A DNA stretch of 64,000 nt from Tubulanus polymorphus (taxonomy: Eukaryota > Animalia > Nemertea), in assembly GCF_964204645.1 (NCBI RefSeq), contig NC_134036.1, positions 2,976,001-3,040,000 on the forward strand, in the 5' to 3' direction. Position numbers and translations under genes: made by a program. Position 1 is the first letter of the stretch, and each line of letters begins with the position of its first letter. Shown here in pieces: positions 12,404-23,753 of this stretch. The notes beneath the pieces are model-generated. The model was not told the DNA's origin, did not search any database, and worked only from the letters and a program-made list of their open reading frames with translations.

Positions 12404-12896
12404 ACGTGGATAAATCACAATTCAGTCTATTACTGAGGGATTCTTTGGTCGAGGTAGAAAATAAAAAATCTGTTCTCTACAAAACAAATTGTGTTCGATT
12501 TGAAAATATCCATGTGATGAACGTAGTGAATCATCGTCATTATCATCGTTAGTTTCTTCGTTGCAATTTAAATATTCCCCAACCAAATAATGCTGAGACA
12601 CCTGTATGAACACGACATGGATGAGGGAAACTCAGGGACTGAGGGAAAACGTTGCTATACTTTCTGACCAAAAATGGAAACCAACAAATGTTCTCTCTGT
12701 CGTTGATTGCTATGTTTAACGAATGAAATAAATGATATAGCGTACATTCACAACGGTGGTGAACCTAAAATCTGAGAGCGGTGCTGCAATTGTGGAAAAA
12801 ACTGAAAACCTGGCAAAAATAAAATAAAATTCAATGATTTGAACACAGATCGATATTAGATTCCGGTCTTACTCGACCAGGAAACATCCGTATTTT

Positions 12897-13302
12897 TCGT
12901 GGGTTTGATATTACCCTGGGACCAGTTTTACAGTTGTGGGTTTGATTTGATTCTGAATCCAGTTCCACAGTTGTGTAGGTTTAATTTGACTCTGAATCCA
13001 GTTCAACAGTTGTGTGGGTTTAATTTTAATCTGAACACAGTTCTACAGTTGTGTGGGTTTGATTTGATTCTGAATCCAGTTCCACAGTTGTGTAGGTTAA
13101 TTTGACTCTGAATCCAGTTCAACAGTTGTGTGGGTTTAATTTTAATCTGAACACAGTTCTACAGTTGTGTGGGTTTGACTTTATTCTGAATCCAGTTCTA
13201 CGGTTGTTCAATTTATGGAACTAGTTTAAGAGTTTTGTGGGTTTGATTTGACTCTGGGCCCAGTTCCACCGTTGTATGGGTTTAATTCGACCCTGGGCCC
13301 AT
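12897..13302 (+). repeat. 39-bp minisatellite (GGACCCAGTTCCACAGTTGTGTGGGTTTAATTTGACTCT family); related arrays at ~21780-22066, 22770-23172, 40970-41250
   Basis: Tandem units produce spurious 13-aa repeat ORFs (NPVPQLC...). Confidence 0.9.
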
Positions 13303-13442
13303 GGTATCTAATATAGGGAATTCATCTAGAAAAATAAAATGTTTTATACATGTGCATGCATATTAATAAAACCAGCAAAATACTCGAAAGGATCGATATG
13401 CCTGATACGAATGTCCAGAAAGTTTTATCTATTGAACACGTT

Positions 13443-13477
13443 CCTTATTTGGCCACCTGTCGAGGTTTGGATTCGAA
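13443..13477 (+). promoter_or_regulatory. Conserved upstream module of the peptide genes: CArG-like box + E-box CACCTG + 8 nt + (T/C)GGATTCGA
   Basis: Recurs upstream of P1 (6306), P2 (8796, minus), P5 (13454), P7 (17740, minus), P10 (23313), P11 (25882) and a remnant (25376), with fixed spacing and a variable spacer. Confidence 0.5.
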
Positions 13478-13718
13478 ATACTGAAGATTTGCGCCCAAAA
13501 TCATCATAACAAACGGATGAACAAACAAGCGTGTGGTCCTCTTCATCATCGAAGTTTTATATAATCATATTACGGATTCAGAAAAAGACTCACAGCTATA
13601 GCTGCAGTGGTAGAGGAACTTGCAAGTAAGTAACTGGCGGGTGTGAGGGGCGGCAAAGGCAATTACACCAGGAGGACGATGATTTCTACAATATCTAGAA
13701 TGGCTGCATATTCTATTG

Positions 13719-13874
13719 CAGTCAGCCCGGATATACCGCCCACATCGGAGCAGAACGATTTTGGCGGTATAGAGTATGTCGGTATATCGGGGGTGTTTTA
13801 CTATGTATTTGTAGACAGATGAGAAAACCTGGGGTTTGCGGTAAATGGGAGGGCGGTATATCGGGGGTTCACTG
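13719..13874. mobile_element. Tc1/mariner-pogo-like MITE in intron 1 of P5
   Basis: TIRs CAGTCAGCCCGGATATACCGCC / GGCGGTATATCGGGGGTTCACTG followed by TA. Absent at the equivalent site of P10 (~23575). Confidence 0.8.
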
Positions 13875-14049
13875 TAGTTCTCAACGAACTTCATTTTAGT
13901 GTTAGAATTTACACGAAGAAACTCATGACAAAAGTGATAATCTCTAATATCTAACTGTGATATCTCAGATATCTAACACTAAACCCGGTATTCTATTTTC
14001 AGGTGCTGAAAACGTTTTGTTACTTCGACTATCTTAGTTACCCACGAAA

Positions 14050-14817
14050 ATGATGAGTAAGTAGGTTTTGACAATACATTTACTTGCAATAAATGACACC
14101 TCAATGCAATATGACACCAATATAATGTTTCTACGTTGGGTGGCTCCGGGTTTTTTCATTTGCTAATAATGTTTTCATCACCATTGTAATTTAGGCTAAA
14201 AAATACCTTGATACCTTGTTTCTCATTTCTACTGAGCTTAAAAGTTGACCCACCTATCTCCCCTACATTACTTATTTCAAAATCAGGATGAAGCAATGAC
14301 ATATTCAGCTGCTATATAAGAACTGATTAAAAATTTTATTTCAGTTCACAAAATGACCCCCGGCCGATTGGGAGAAACAAGGTATCATTTTTTAGCCTAA
14401 TGAGATATACAAAAAAAGGTTTTCGAATTTTTACTGTTAGGCTGAATTTTGCTGAGTTTAAAAGTTGACCCAGCCAGCCACCCATCTACCCTGTACATTA
14501 CTTTAAAAAAATCATGATCAAACCATAGCAGACCAGGCAGCTATAGAAATGAACTGATTACAAAATTCATTGTCATTTTCGAAATGACTCGGCCGATTAG
14601 GAGAAACAAAGTATCAGTGTGTTCCCCACTGTTATATATGATTAATATCTTGCAGTTTTTATTACTCTTTTTTATGTATTTTTCAGTAGATCAGTGTGTG
14701 AAGGTAGTTTTAAAGCTCACGGTTGTGTTGGTGTCTGTCTGTGTGATGGTCGCAGTTAACCGCGAGAAGCGATGTGACGGTTACGTCAATAGTGGATGCG
14801 TTGCGGATCCAAGTTAA
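14050..14817 (+). CDS. P5: peptide precursor; CDS exons 14050-14056 + 14687(or 14690)-14817; MM(ID/N)QCVKVVLKLTVVLVSVCVMVAVNREKR|CDGYVNSGCVADPS
   Basis: Non-coding exon 1 donor at 13626; exon 2 is 14003-14056 ending ATG ATG A|GTAAGT; CAGTAG acceptor; REKR site. Confidence 0.85.
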
Positions 14818-15771
14818 TAAATAACGTCTGCACAATTCAATGCATTTCCTGAATGATTCTTTGTAGCTGAGGTATAATATAAAACTATTTAACTGATACC
14901 TAAACAGTTTGAATTCATAAGCTCTGTATTTCCAAAAATCAGGCTGTTTTCAGATGTTTCCAAATTTTGGCGTCTTTGTATCCTTCAAAACTGTTGTTAT
15001 TTTGTAGTTAAAACAAATCCTAAAATCTCCCAAGTTCCAGTAATAATATGGCGGTGGTATATACCGTTCTATATACGGGAGTCTTTCCTGGTTAGTTGGC
15101 GAGTTAACTCATGCGTTCGAACCCCGATTCGATCAACGACCACGTTGACCTTGAGCAACCCTGAATTATTGACATCGCTTACGCTGCGTGGCCGTAGTCA
15201 AAAGATTGATAAAAGTATAAAATAAGATCCCTGAATGTTAACATGCTCCCATTAGCTAGGAGGCGTCCTCATTAAGTAAGGGGAATCATTCGAATGTATT
15301 TTGAGCAACGTTTCGGCTAAAGACTATTAATTAGCCATCATCAAGCGTATACTATTAGTCTATAGCTGAACGTCGTCCACAAACATACATTTAAACCTTT
15401 TTCTCAAGAACTGCTGATTGCATCTTACACGGATATTACACGGATCTCCTCGACTTATATAGTGTATATGTTCTATTCGCTTTATGTCGTTCGGTTGGAT
15501 CTTATATTCCCATATTGGATTGTTCATTCATCTTAACGATGAGATGGCCTTGTCAATGCAGCCCGCACACTGTAAGCGGAACCTGAACAAGCTCCATCGC
15601 TCAGCACTGACAACCACGAATGCAACAATGGACTCTGCATCTCTGATGCATCGGCATCCTGAGATCCATTTTCCTGTTAAAGTCTCGATTTTCAACACAA
15701 CAGTTTTGCATTTTAGTTTTCAGGCCGAGTGATTATCTGAATATCACGTATCTTATATATCTATATTTCAG

Positions 15772-15893
15772 GCAAAGTTGCTTTACCGATAAGCGTTGTA
15801 TTGGCGTCCTTTTGGGCGATGGTTGTGGCAGTGGACGTGCAAAAACGAAAATATGCTTGTCCAGATAAGTCACATGATGGCTGGTGCTATTAA
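15772..15893 (+). CDS. P6: orphan terminal exon, protein identical to P1 (mature KYACPDKSHDGWCY)
   Basis: One synonymous difference from P1 (GTC>GTT). Homology with P1 stops upstream at ~15709, so it lacks its own ATG exon. Confidence 0.65.
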
Positions 15894-16699
15894 AGAAACT
15901 CCAACGGTTCTACAGTTAATTAATAGACCAACTGTAGAATCAGTTCCCGACCAAATGAAAGGCATAACATGATGATACATTGTTACTTGATTATGTGGTG
16001 TTGGTAAAAAAATAAATCAGCTGAGGAAAAATAATTCTTGGTTGAATTTTGTCGGCGTTCGAAGCAAGTTAGTAAATGTGTGTTTAGTGATAGGGGGAAG
16101 AAAGACGGGAATGGCCAAGTTCGGTTTTTGCGTGAAGTAAATGGCTCAACGGTTCCTGGTGAACCTGTATCAGTTGAATAAACACATCCCCTACGAAATA
16201 AGTGATCGGTGAAATAACGAAATTTGTTTCGGTGGTAGCTGTTCATCAAACGGTGCTGTTTCATCTCGCCAGACTTTTTGATGATTATAAACTGTCTAAA
16301 AAGAATTCCGTGGTGCGGGTGCAGGCGAAGGTGCGGCATTTGTTTTATTTTTTATAAATAGGAGTTTAGTCGAAGTGAAGCGAAATATTTTCAGAACTAA
16401 TGTTTAGAAATACGTTTTTCAAACTCTGTTTTGCAAAAATATATAGTGTCGATTTAGCCTCCAATTCAGTGAATTCAAGAAAATTACAATACCCTTGAAT
16501 TCACCACTGGTGTATGTATGGCAACGATTACTCGAGTCGCCTCCTCATCTCGGCAATATTAAGCTGGGTGAATATCTTTCAATGGAAAAGAGGAAACTAA
16601 CGATGATAATGAGGATGATTCACAACGTTCATCACGAACGGATATAGTTTAAATCATGTTTGAATAGAACACAAATTGTTTTGTAGAGAATTTCATTTT

Positions 16700-17307
16700 C
16701 TACTTCCAATCGAACAACCCGCCACCACCCAAAATGCATACCCCTTTATAATAAAAACATCGCTTCTCGCGGCTGACAGCGACCATCATAAAGACAGATC
16801 CCAACACAGACGTAAGCTGTAAAAGGACTTTTACAGATTGATCTAAAAAAAAACAAAAATTGAGAGGATGAATTTTACATAAAAAAGGGAATTAAGGTTA
16901 ACCATAATGATGATACCTTGTTTCTCCGTAGCGGCCGGGTCATTTTTGTAAAAAATATGATTAAATTTGTAAACAGCTCATTGCTATAGCTGCCGGGTCT
17001 GTTATGGTAAAATTGATCACAATTTAAAAAGAAGTGTAATGTACAGGGTAGATAGGCGGCCGGCCGGGTCAAATTTAAGCTCAGCAGAAATGAGAGAAAC
17101 AAGGTATCAATTTTTTGGCCTGAACGTGGTTAAAAACAAAACAGATGTCTTTAACAATATGGACGTCGTTCGAATGACCATCAACTAAATTGAATTCAAT
17201 TTTAGAATTCTATTTCTCCTCTCGTGCTTGTCATCTCTATTTCCGATACGTGACGTATTTTACTTATTACGACTAAATGAAATATCAAATCTATACTTAC
17301 TGATCAT
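16700..17307 (-). CDS. P7: peptide precursor; CDS exons 17307-17301 + 16842-16700; ...SREKR|CFYYKGVCILGGGGLFDWK
   Basis: Duplicate of P2 with a 3-nt in-frame indel inside the Cys loop. Splice sites intact. Confidence 0.85.
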
Positions 17308-18472
17308 TTTCGTGGGAAACTAAGACAGTCGAAATTAAGTGAAAGGGTTTCAACAAAACGTTTTTCAAGCGCCTGAAAATTAAATACCGAAATCTGTTAA
17401 ATATCACACTGTAAGATATTACAGATTATCACTAGTCTATTTAACTGAGTTTCAATATACGTGAAATTTCTAAAACCAAACTAAAGCTGGTAAGCAACTG
17501 ATAAAATATGCAGCCATTCTAGACTGATATTGTCTGGTATCGTCATACCAGAGATTCTACTGTCCCTTTAACCATCAGTTACTTACAGATTCAGCAACCA
17601 CTGATGTTAGCTGTTAGTCTAGCTTTGAATGTGAATTTATGAACGAAAAATATCGATGACCACACTGTTTGCTCGTTTGTTCAGGATGATGTCTCTCCGG
17701 GTAAAATAGTCAGTAACTCGAATCCGAAGTGATGCAGGTGGCAAAATATGAAACGTACTTATTACATAGACCTGACTGACGCGTTGCTTCATATTTTTAT
17801 AATGCCAATATTTCATGATCCATACCTTATATTTCTACAAAATAGAGAACAATCATCTTCAAGATAATTTTGTTGAAGATCAAGTCAAACGATGCGATCG
17901 AACTCACCAGCTCCTAAACCAAATTGATCCACTTCAGGAAAGTTTTAATTCATGCTACTAGAAGAGCCCTAAACAATTCGTCTACTAAAACAAAACTTTC
18001 CAACTGACTTATAACCACCGATCTACACGAGTCTTTTCTGATCTTCCTTTTTTTACAACACTATTTCGCGTCGACCTGTTTTCAATTCATTGCATCTCAG
18101 AAGATTCTCGTTTAGCCTTTTTCATTACTTTTTGGGGGTACCACCCCTCCTCAATTCACCGCTGGTGCGGATAATACTAGCACAATAGCTAGTTTACACT
18201 TTCCCAGTTTCTATAAGTCGAGAACGCTTCCCTTTCCCCTCCCCCAAACGCGTTCAAACAGTCACATCAACATTAATAGGTCGGGAAAACACTTGCATTG
18301 AAATGAGGAAACTAACGATGATAATGACGATGATTCACTACGTTCATCACGAGGAGATGTTATAATCAATTACAAATTATTTCGCAGAGAAACTCATACA
18401 TTTTTATTATCTTCCTCGACCAAAGAATCATCCAGTCATAAACCGAATAATATAGGTATAAATTGACGCGAT

Positions 18473-18989
18473 TTATTTTGAGCATTTACTATAGTATTTC
18501 CCATTACTGAAACAAAGTCGCTTCTGGCGGCTTCCCGCGACCATCGCCCAGACGGACACCAACACAACCGTAAGTTTTAAAACTACCTTCACACACTGAT
18601 CTACTGAAAAATTAAATGAGAACATGCATTTTGTTGGAAATGCATTCAAAACCTGTAACAATACACTTAATTTGTATGGTGGTGAACATTCAATGCCAAA
18701 ACAAGTCCATCCGGAGCCACCCATTACATAAACATTATATTGGTTATGTGTTCGCAAATACATGTTAAGACTAAAACTCGCGTACTTTTCACTCAATGAT
18801 TGATTTTGTATAAAATCATATGTGAATTTCTTGTTCAAACGAAATCTATTTTAACCCTCTTCGAATTCGGTCTTATGAATATCCATATATATCCATATTA
18901 TATATTCGTGAGGAATTCACACGAGTTCAAAATACGTTTCCGTACATTGCTGAAGGTAAATGGAATATCAAAATCTACTTACCTATCAT
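18473..18989 (-). CDS. P8: peptide precursor; CDS exons 18989-18983 + 18603(or 18600)-18473; MI(V)DQCVKVVLKLTVVLVSVWAMVAGSRQKR|LCFSNGKYYSKCSK
   Basis: ATG ATA G|GTAAGT donor, CAGTAG acceptor, RQKR site, two Cys. Confidence 0.85.
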
Positions 18990-19574
18990 TTTCGTGGGTA
19001 ACTAAGATTGTCGAAATAATAAAACGTTTTCAGCGCCTGAAAATAGAATACCGGGTTTAGTGTTAGATATCTGAGATATCACAGTTAGATATCAGAGATT
19101 ATCACTATTGTCATGAGTTTCTTCGTGTAAATTCTGAAACCAAACTAAAACTTGTAGAATACTGATAAAATATGCAGCTTTTCTAATCTGATATTCATCA
19201 TCATCTGCCTGGTGTCATCATACGATAGATATGCTACCGCCCCAGCCAACGCCTGTTACTTACCTACGGGATATGCCTGTGTTTTTGCACTGTAGCTCAA
19301 AATATATATACACGAAGCTGCATTCTCAATTTTCAGTATCATCAGACAAAATGGTTTTATATTTCACCAGTTCGAGCACTATATATTGATTAAATTACTG
19401 AAATTCACACCGAACATTTGAATAGAAAAATAAAACAGTAGGTTTATGTCGGAGGTGTGAAATTTGTGAGTGAATATTCGATTTGAAGTAATTCACGTAT
19501 TATAAAATTCAGCACCCGAACCCGAAAAGGAAGATAAGGTCTTTGTAACGGGCTGGTGAGAGGGCATCAGAATC

Positions 19575-19575
<1 letters not shown>

Positions 19576-19608
<33 letters not shown>
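19576..19608. repeat. (AAT)n microsatellite
   Basis: Direct reading. Confidence 0.9.
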
Positions 19609-19609
<1 letters not shown>

Positions 19610-20078
19610 ACCAGACAGACGATGATTCCTACATCCTACATTCCTACAGCCTTTGAGCGAGTTTAATTTGACGAAAACAAATTCGTTCATTATTAGTTGA
19701 ACATACTACCGCATCATCAATTTTAGTATTATCAGATCAATATTAAAATATTATTATATTTCACCAGTTCGAACACACCTATTGATTCAAGTCGCTTAAA
19801 TATACATAAAATGCGTAAATTGAATAGAAAAAGTAAATATTGTGTTAATTTCTGGAGAATAGAATTCACAAGCGAATTTTCTATATAAAAGTATTTATAT
19901 TGAATACAGCATCAGAACCTGAACGTGAAGACAAAACTGTAAGTAACTAGTGGGTGAGAGGGCGGTAGAATCTACAGTGTGACGATACCAGCCAGATGAT
20001 GATTCCTAAAATATCATTTTAGAGTGGATGCATATTCTATTAGTTCTCTACAATACAATTCTTATCTTATTGTCAGAC

Positions 20079-20150
20079 TTTCCACGTATAAACTCGTCAC
20101 AATTTCCACGTATAAACTCGGCACAATTTCCACGTATAAACTCGTCACAA
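20079..20150 (+). repeat. 24-bp tandem triplication in intron 1 of P9
   Basis: TTTCCACGTATAAACTCGTCACAA x3. Confidence 0.9.
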
Positions 20151-20274
20151 TAGATTCGTGATGATCTTTTATCTTTAACAGTGTGATATTTAACAGATAT
20201 TTCTGCATTTAATTTTCAGACGCTGAAAACGTTTTATCAAAATCATTCACTTATTTCGACGGATATAGTTACCG

Positions 20275-22278
20275 ATGAAAATGATCAGTAAGTAGATTTT
20301 GATATTTTGATAGTAGAGCCGGCTTAAGTGGAATTAGGATTACTCGAATTTTGACGTATGTCACAAAGTTTTCACAGGTCCAAAATATTAAGAATTCCTT
20401 GAAAATGATTATGAGTGTAAAACCGAAAATTCGGGTTCTTAAATTTTTATAGTTTCGATATTTTAAAACCTTTTTCGATCTCGTGATTGTGGGATTTATT
20501 TTCACTCGTCTCTCGCGATTCACTGCGTAGTTTTGCCACGTTTTCACCGGTCCGTTCATTCCTTGCTATAAATTCAACAAAAAGCTACGTGTAAATCGCA
20601 GAAATAAGTAGAATTTTTTTTAACCTCGTTGCTTATTTTTCTGGTACAAATGGTTTAATCCACTTCAATTTTTATGAGATAAGTCGCATCAAAAAATTGT
20701 TACGAAAAATCTTCGAAACTATTCAAACGTGCATTTTAGAAGAAAGAAAAGAAGAGACCTGTGAAAACTTTGAAACGTACGCCAAAAACCTCTGGGCCCA
20801 CTTAATTCGACTAAAGCGCACTTGACTGACTGTATTTATAAAACTGAATTCCATTCATTTATTAGTTGAAAATTATTTTTTTAAAGCTCGTTAATTCCAG
20901 ATCATTGCAAAGTTTTGATATGATTATGAACCAAAATCGTTTGTTTAAGCATCACTTCAAATGAGCCACCACGGTTCCTAAGCGCGCCAAGCCTTATGAG
21001 AAGAAAGTTTTCTATAACGTTGAACAGTATATCTATGAACTTCATTCTATTCGCATTGCTTTAGTCGAACATTCTTCTTTTATACTCGTCAATGAACTCA
21101 AGAACCGAAACATTTTTTCTTACTTGTAAATTCCAGATCAGTTCGTTCGGGTCGTAATACAGATGACGGCTGTGTTTGTATCTGTTTGGGCGATTGCCGA
21201 CGTGGAGGACGAGAAGCAAAAACGTGGTTGTCCGGCCGGTCCTTTATTCTGTCCAAAATAGAAAAAAAGAAATAGTCTGGAAATCTCTTCTGAGCGGTTG
21301 AGGTAGAAAATAAAAATGAAAAGAGTTTGAGAAAATAATTTGTGTTCAAGATCGGATAAAATAGACGGATAGCCTGTTCACTCTGGATGATCGCCAGTCA
21401 TATCACTTGTAAGTTCCTTGTGTTCTCGCCGTAAAAGTAGAACTTTCCCGTATTCTGAGAAAAAAAACGGCTACAGGAAAGCAGAGTGTTGTTATCATGA
21501 AACAACCCGATTAGTTAACTAGCCCTGCCGTAAATATTCCGACTTTAAGCTAATACATGTTCATACGGATTCTAACTTACCACTGTCTAGCCTCGACGGA
21601 ACAAGATACATACACTGCAACAACACATGACGTCACCAGATACTGACACGGTCAACACCGACCGGGAATCAACGACCAATTTATTCAATAGAATTCAATT
21701 CAGTAAAATTGAATTCACTGTCAGTATGGGGGATGGTCAGAGTCTATATCGCTGAGGTAATTCCTGTTCTAACACCGAACTAAACCCAGTTCAGCAGATG
21801 AGTGGTTTTGCTTTGACCTTAGATCCAGTTCCACAGAGCGTGAGTTCAATTGGACTCTGGGCCGAGTAATTTATGCACAAAATATTAAAGTACAAAAGTG
21901 CGTTTATGTCATCTGATGTGATATTGGTTTATCGATTACAGCTCGATTCGATCGGGTCTGATTCGACCATTAACCCAGTATCCACAATATACCCAGTTCC
22001 ACGATTGTGGGTTCAAATTGACGGCCCGAACCCAGTTGCACAGTTGTGGGAGGGGTTTAATTCGACATAGACAAAGTACGTTCATTATACAAAATGTATT
22101 TGAATACACGAAACTGCGTCGTGAATTTTCAGTATCATAATTTTTCACAGTAGATCAGTGCGTTAAAGTCGTATTACAGTTCACGGCTATGTTGGTGTCT
22201 GTCTGGGCGATGGTCGCGGGAAACCGGGAGAAGCGATGGTATTGCACTCATTATACTGGTCGAATATGCAACAAGTAA
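20275..22278 (+). CDS. P9: peptide precursor; CDS exons 20275(or 20281)-20287 + 22151(or 22154)-22278; (MK)MI(ID/N)QCVKVVLQFTAMLVSVWAMVAGNREKR|WYCTHYTGRICNK
   Basis: ATG AAA ATG ATC A|GTAAGT donor, CACAGTAG acceptor, REKR site. Upstream non-coding exon donor at ~19939. Confidence 0.85.
20324..20805. mobile_element. Non-autonomous DNA transposon with TTAA ends in intron 2 of P9
   Basis: TTAAGTGG...CCACTTAA ends plus subterminal inverted repeats AAAGTTTTCACAGGTC / GACCTGTGAAAACTTT. Confidence 0.7.
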
Positions 22279-23753
22279 CTGTGGATAAATCACAATTACT
22301 CAGTTCATTGCTGAATAAATTCTTTGGTCGAGGTAGAAAATAAAAATCTATTCTCTACAAAACAAGTTGTGTTCCATTTAAACATCTCCTCGTGATGAAC
22401 GTAGTGAATCATCGTCATTATCATCGTTAGTTTCCTCGTTTCAATTCAAATATTCCCCAACCAAATAATGCCGAGACACCTGTATGAACACGACGTGGAT
22501 GAGGGAAACACACACATGAGGGAAAACGTTGCTATACTTTCTAACCAAAAATGGAAACGTACTAATTTTCGGTCGTCATTGATTGTGGTGGTAGGTTAAC
22601 CGAATGAAATAGATGAAATACATTCACAGCAGTGATGAACCTAAGCTGTGAGCGGTGCCGAAATTGTGAAAGAAAAAACTAAAAACCTGGTAAGAATCCA
22701 ATGAAATTCAATGATTTGAAAACAGATCGATATTAGATTCCAGTCTTTAGACCAGGAAACATCCATATTTTGTGTGGGTTTGATTTTACCCTGGGACCAG
22801 TTTTACAGTTGTGTGGGTTCAATTTGACTCTGAACCCAGTTCTACAGTTGTGTGGGTTCAATTTGTTTCTGAACCCATTTCCATGGGTTTAATTTTACTC
22901 TGAACCCAGTTCCACTTGTGTGGGTTTAATTTTACTATGGGACCAGTTCCACAATTGTGTGGGGTTATTTTGATTGTGGACCCAATTCCTCAGTTGTTCA
23001 ATTTATCTCTGGAACTAGTTCAAGAGTTGTGTGAGTTTAATTTGACTCTGGACACAGTTCCACCGTTGTGTGGGTCTAATTCGATTCCGGACCCAGTTCC
23101 ACCGTTATGTGGGTCTAATTCGACTCTGGACCCAGTTCCACAGTTGTATGGGTTTAATTCGACTCAGGGCCCATGGAATTCATCTAGAAAAATAAAATGT
23201 TTTATACATATTGTATGCATATCGATAAAACCAGCAAAATACTCGAAACGATCGATAAGCCTGACACGAATGTCCAGATAGTTTCATCTATTGAACACGT
23301 TCCTTATTTGGCCACCTGTCGAGGTTTGGATTCGAATTACTGACAATTTTTGAAAAATATCACCATGATGAACAAATGAACAAACAGTTGTGTGGTCTTC
23401 TTCATCATCGACGTTTTTTGTTCATAAATTCATATTCAGAAAAAGACTCACAGCTATAGCTGGCTGCAGTGGTAGAGGAAATTGCAAGTAAGTAACTGGC
23501 GGGTGTGAGGGGCGGCAAAGGTAATTACACCAGGAGGACGATGATTTCTACAATATCTAGAATGGCTGCATATTTCATTAGTTCTCAACAATTTCCATTT
23601 TAGTGTTAGAATTTACACGAAGAAACTCATGACAATAGTGATAATCTCTGATATCTAACTGTGATATCTCAGATATCTAACACTAAACCCGGTATTCTAT
23701 TTTCAGAAGCTGAAAACGTTTTATTATTTCTACTATCTTAGTTACCGACGAAA

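Larger units (their letters stand above)
5531..14955 (+). repeat. Segmental duplication unit 1 (peptide genes P1-P5)
   Basis: Starts GTTTCCAAATTTTGGCGTC. Long near-identical colinear blocks with unit 2, e.g. 7060-7660 vs 15709-16310, 8180-9400 vs 17120-18360, 14440-14950 vs 24150-25220. Confidence 0.9.

Noticed and set aside
12514-12560. Idea that the peptide genes are selenoproteins with a SECIS, given the neighbouring SBP2L gene
   Set aside because: No in-frame UGA in any precursor (stops are TAA/TAG). The ATGA...AA spacing and pairing do not fit a canonical SECIS by eye. The adjacency looks coincidental.
22916-23281. Cys/Pro-repeat ORFs (also 12899-13105, 41090-41362)
   Set aside because: Translations of the 39-bp minisatellite.
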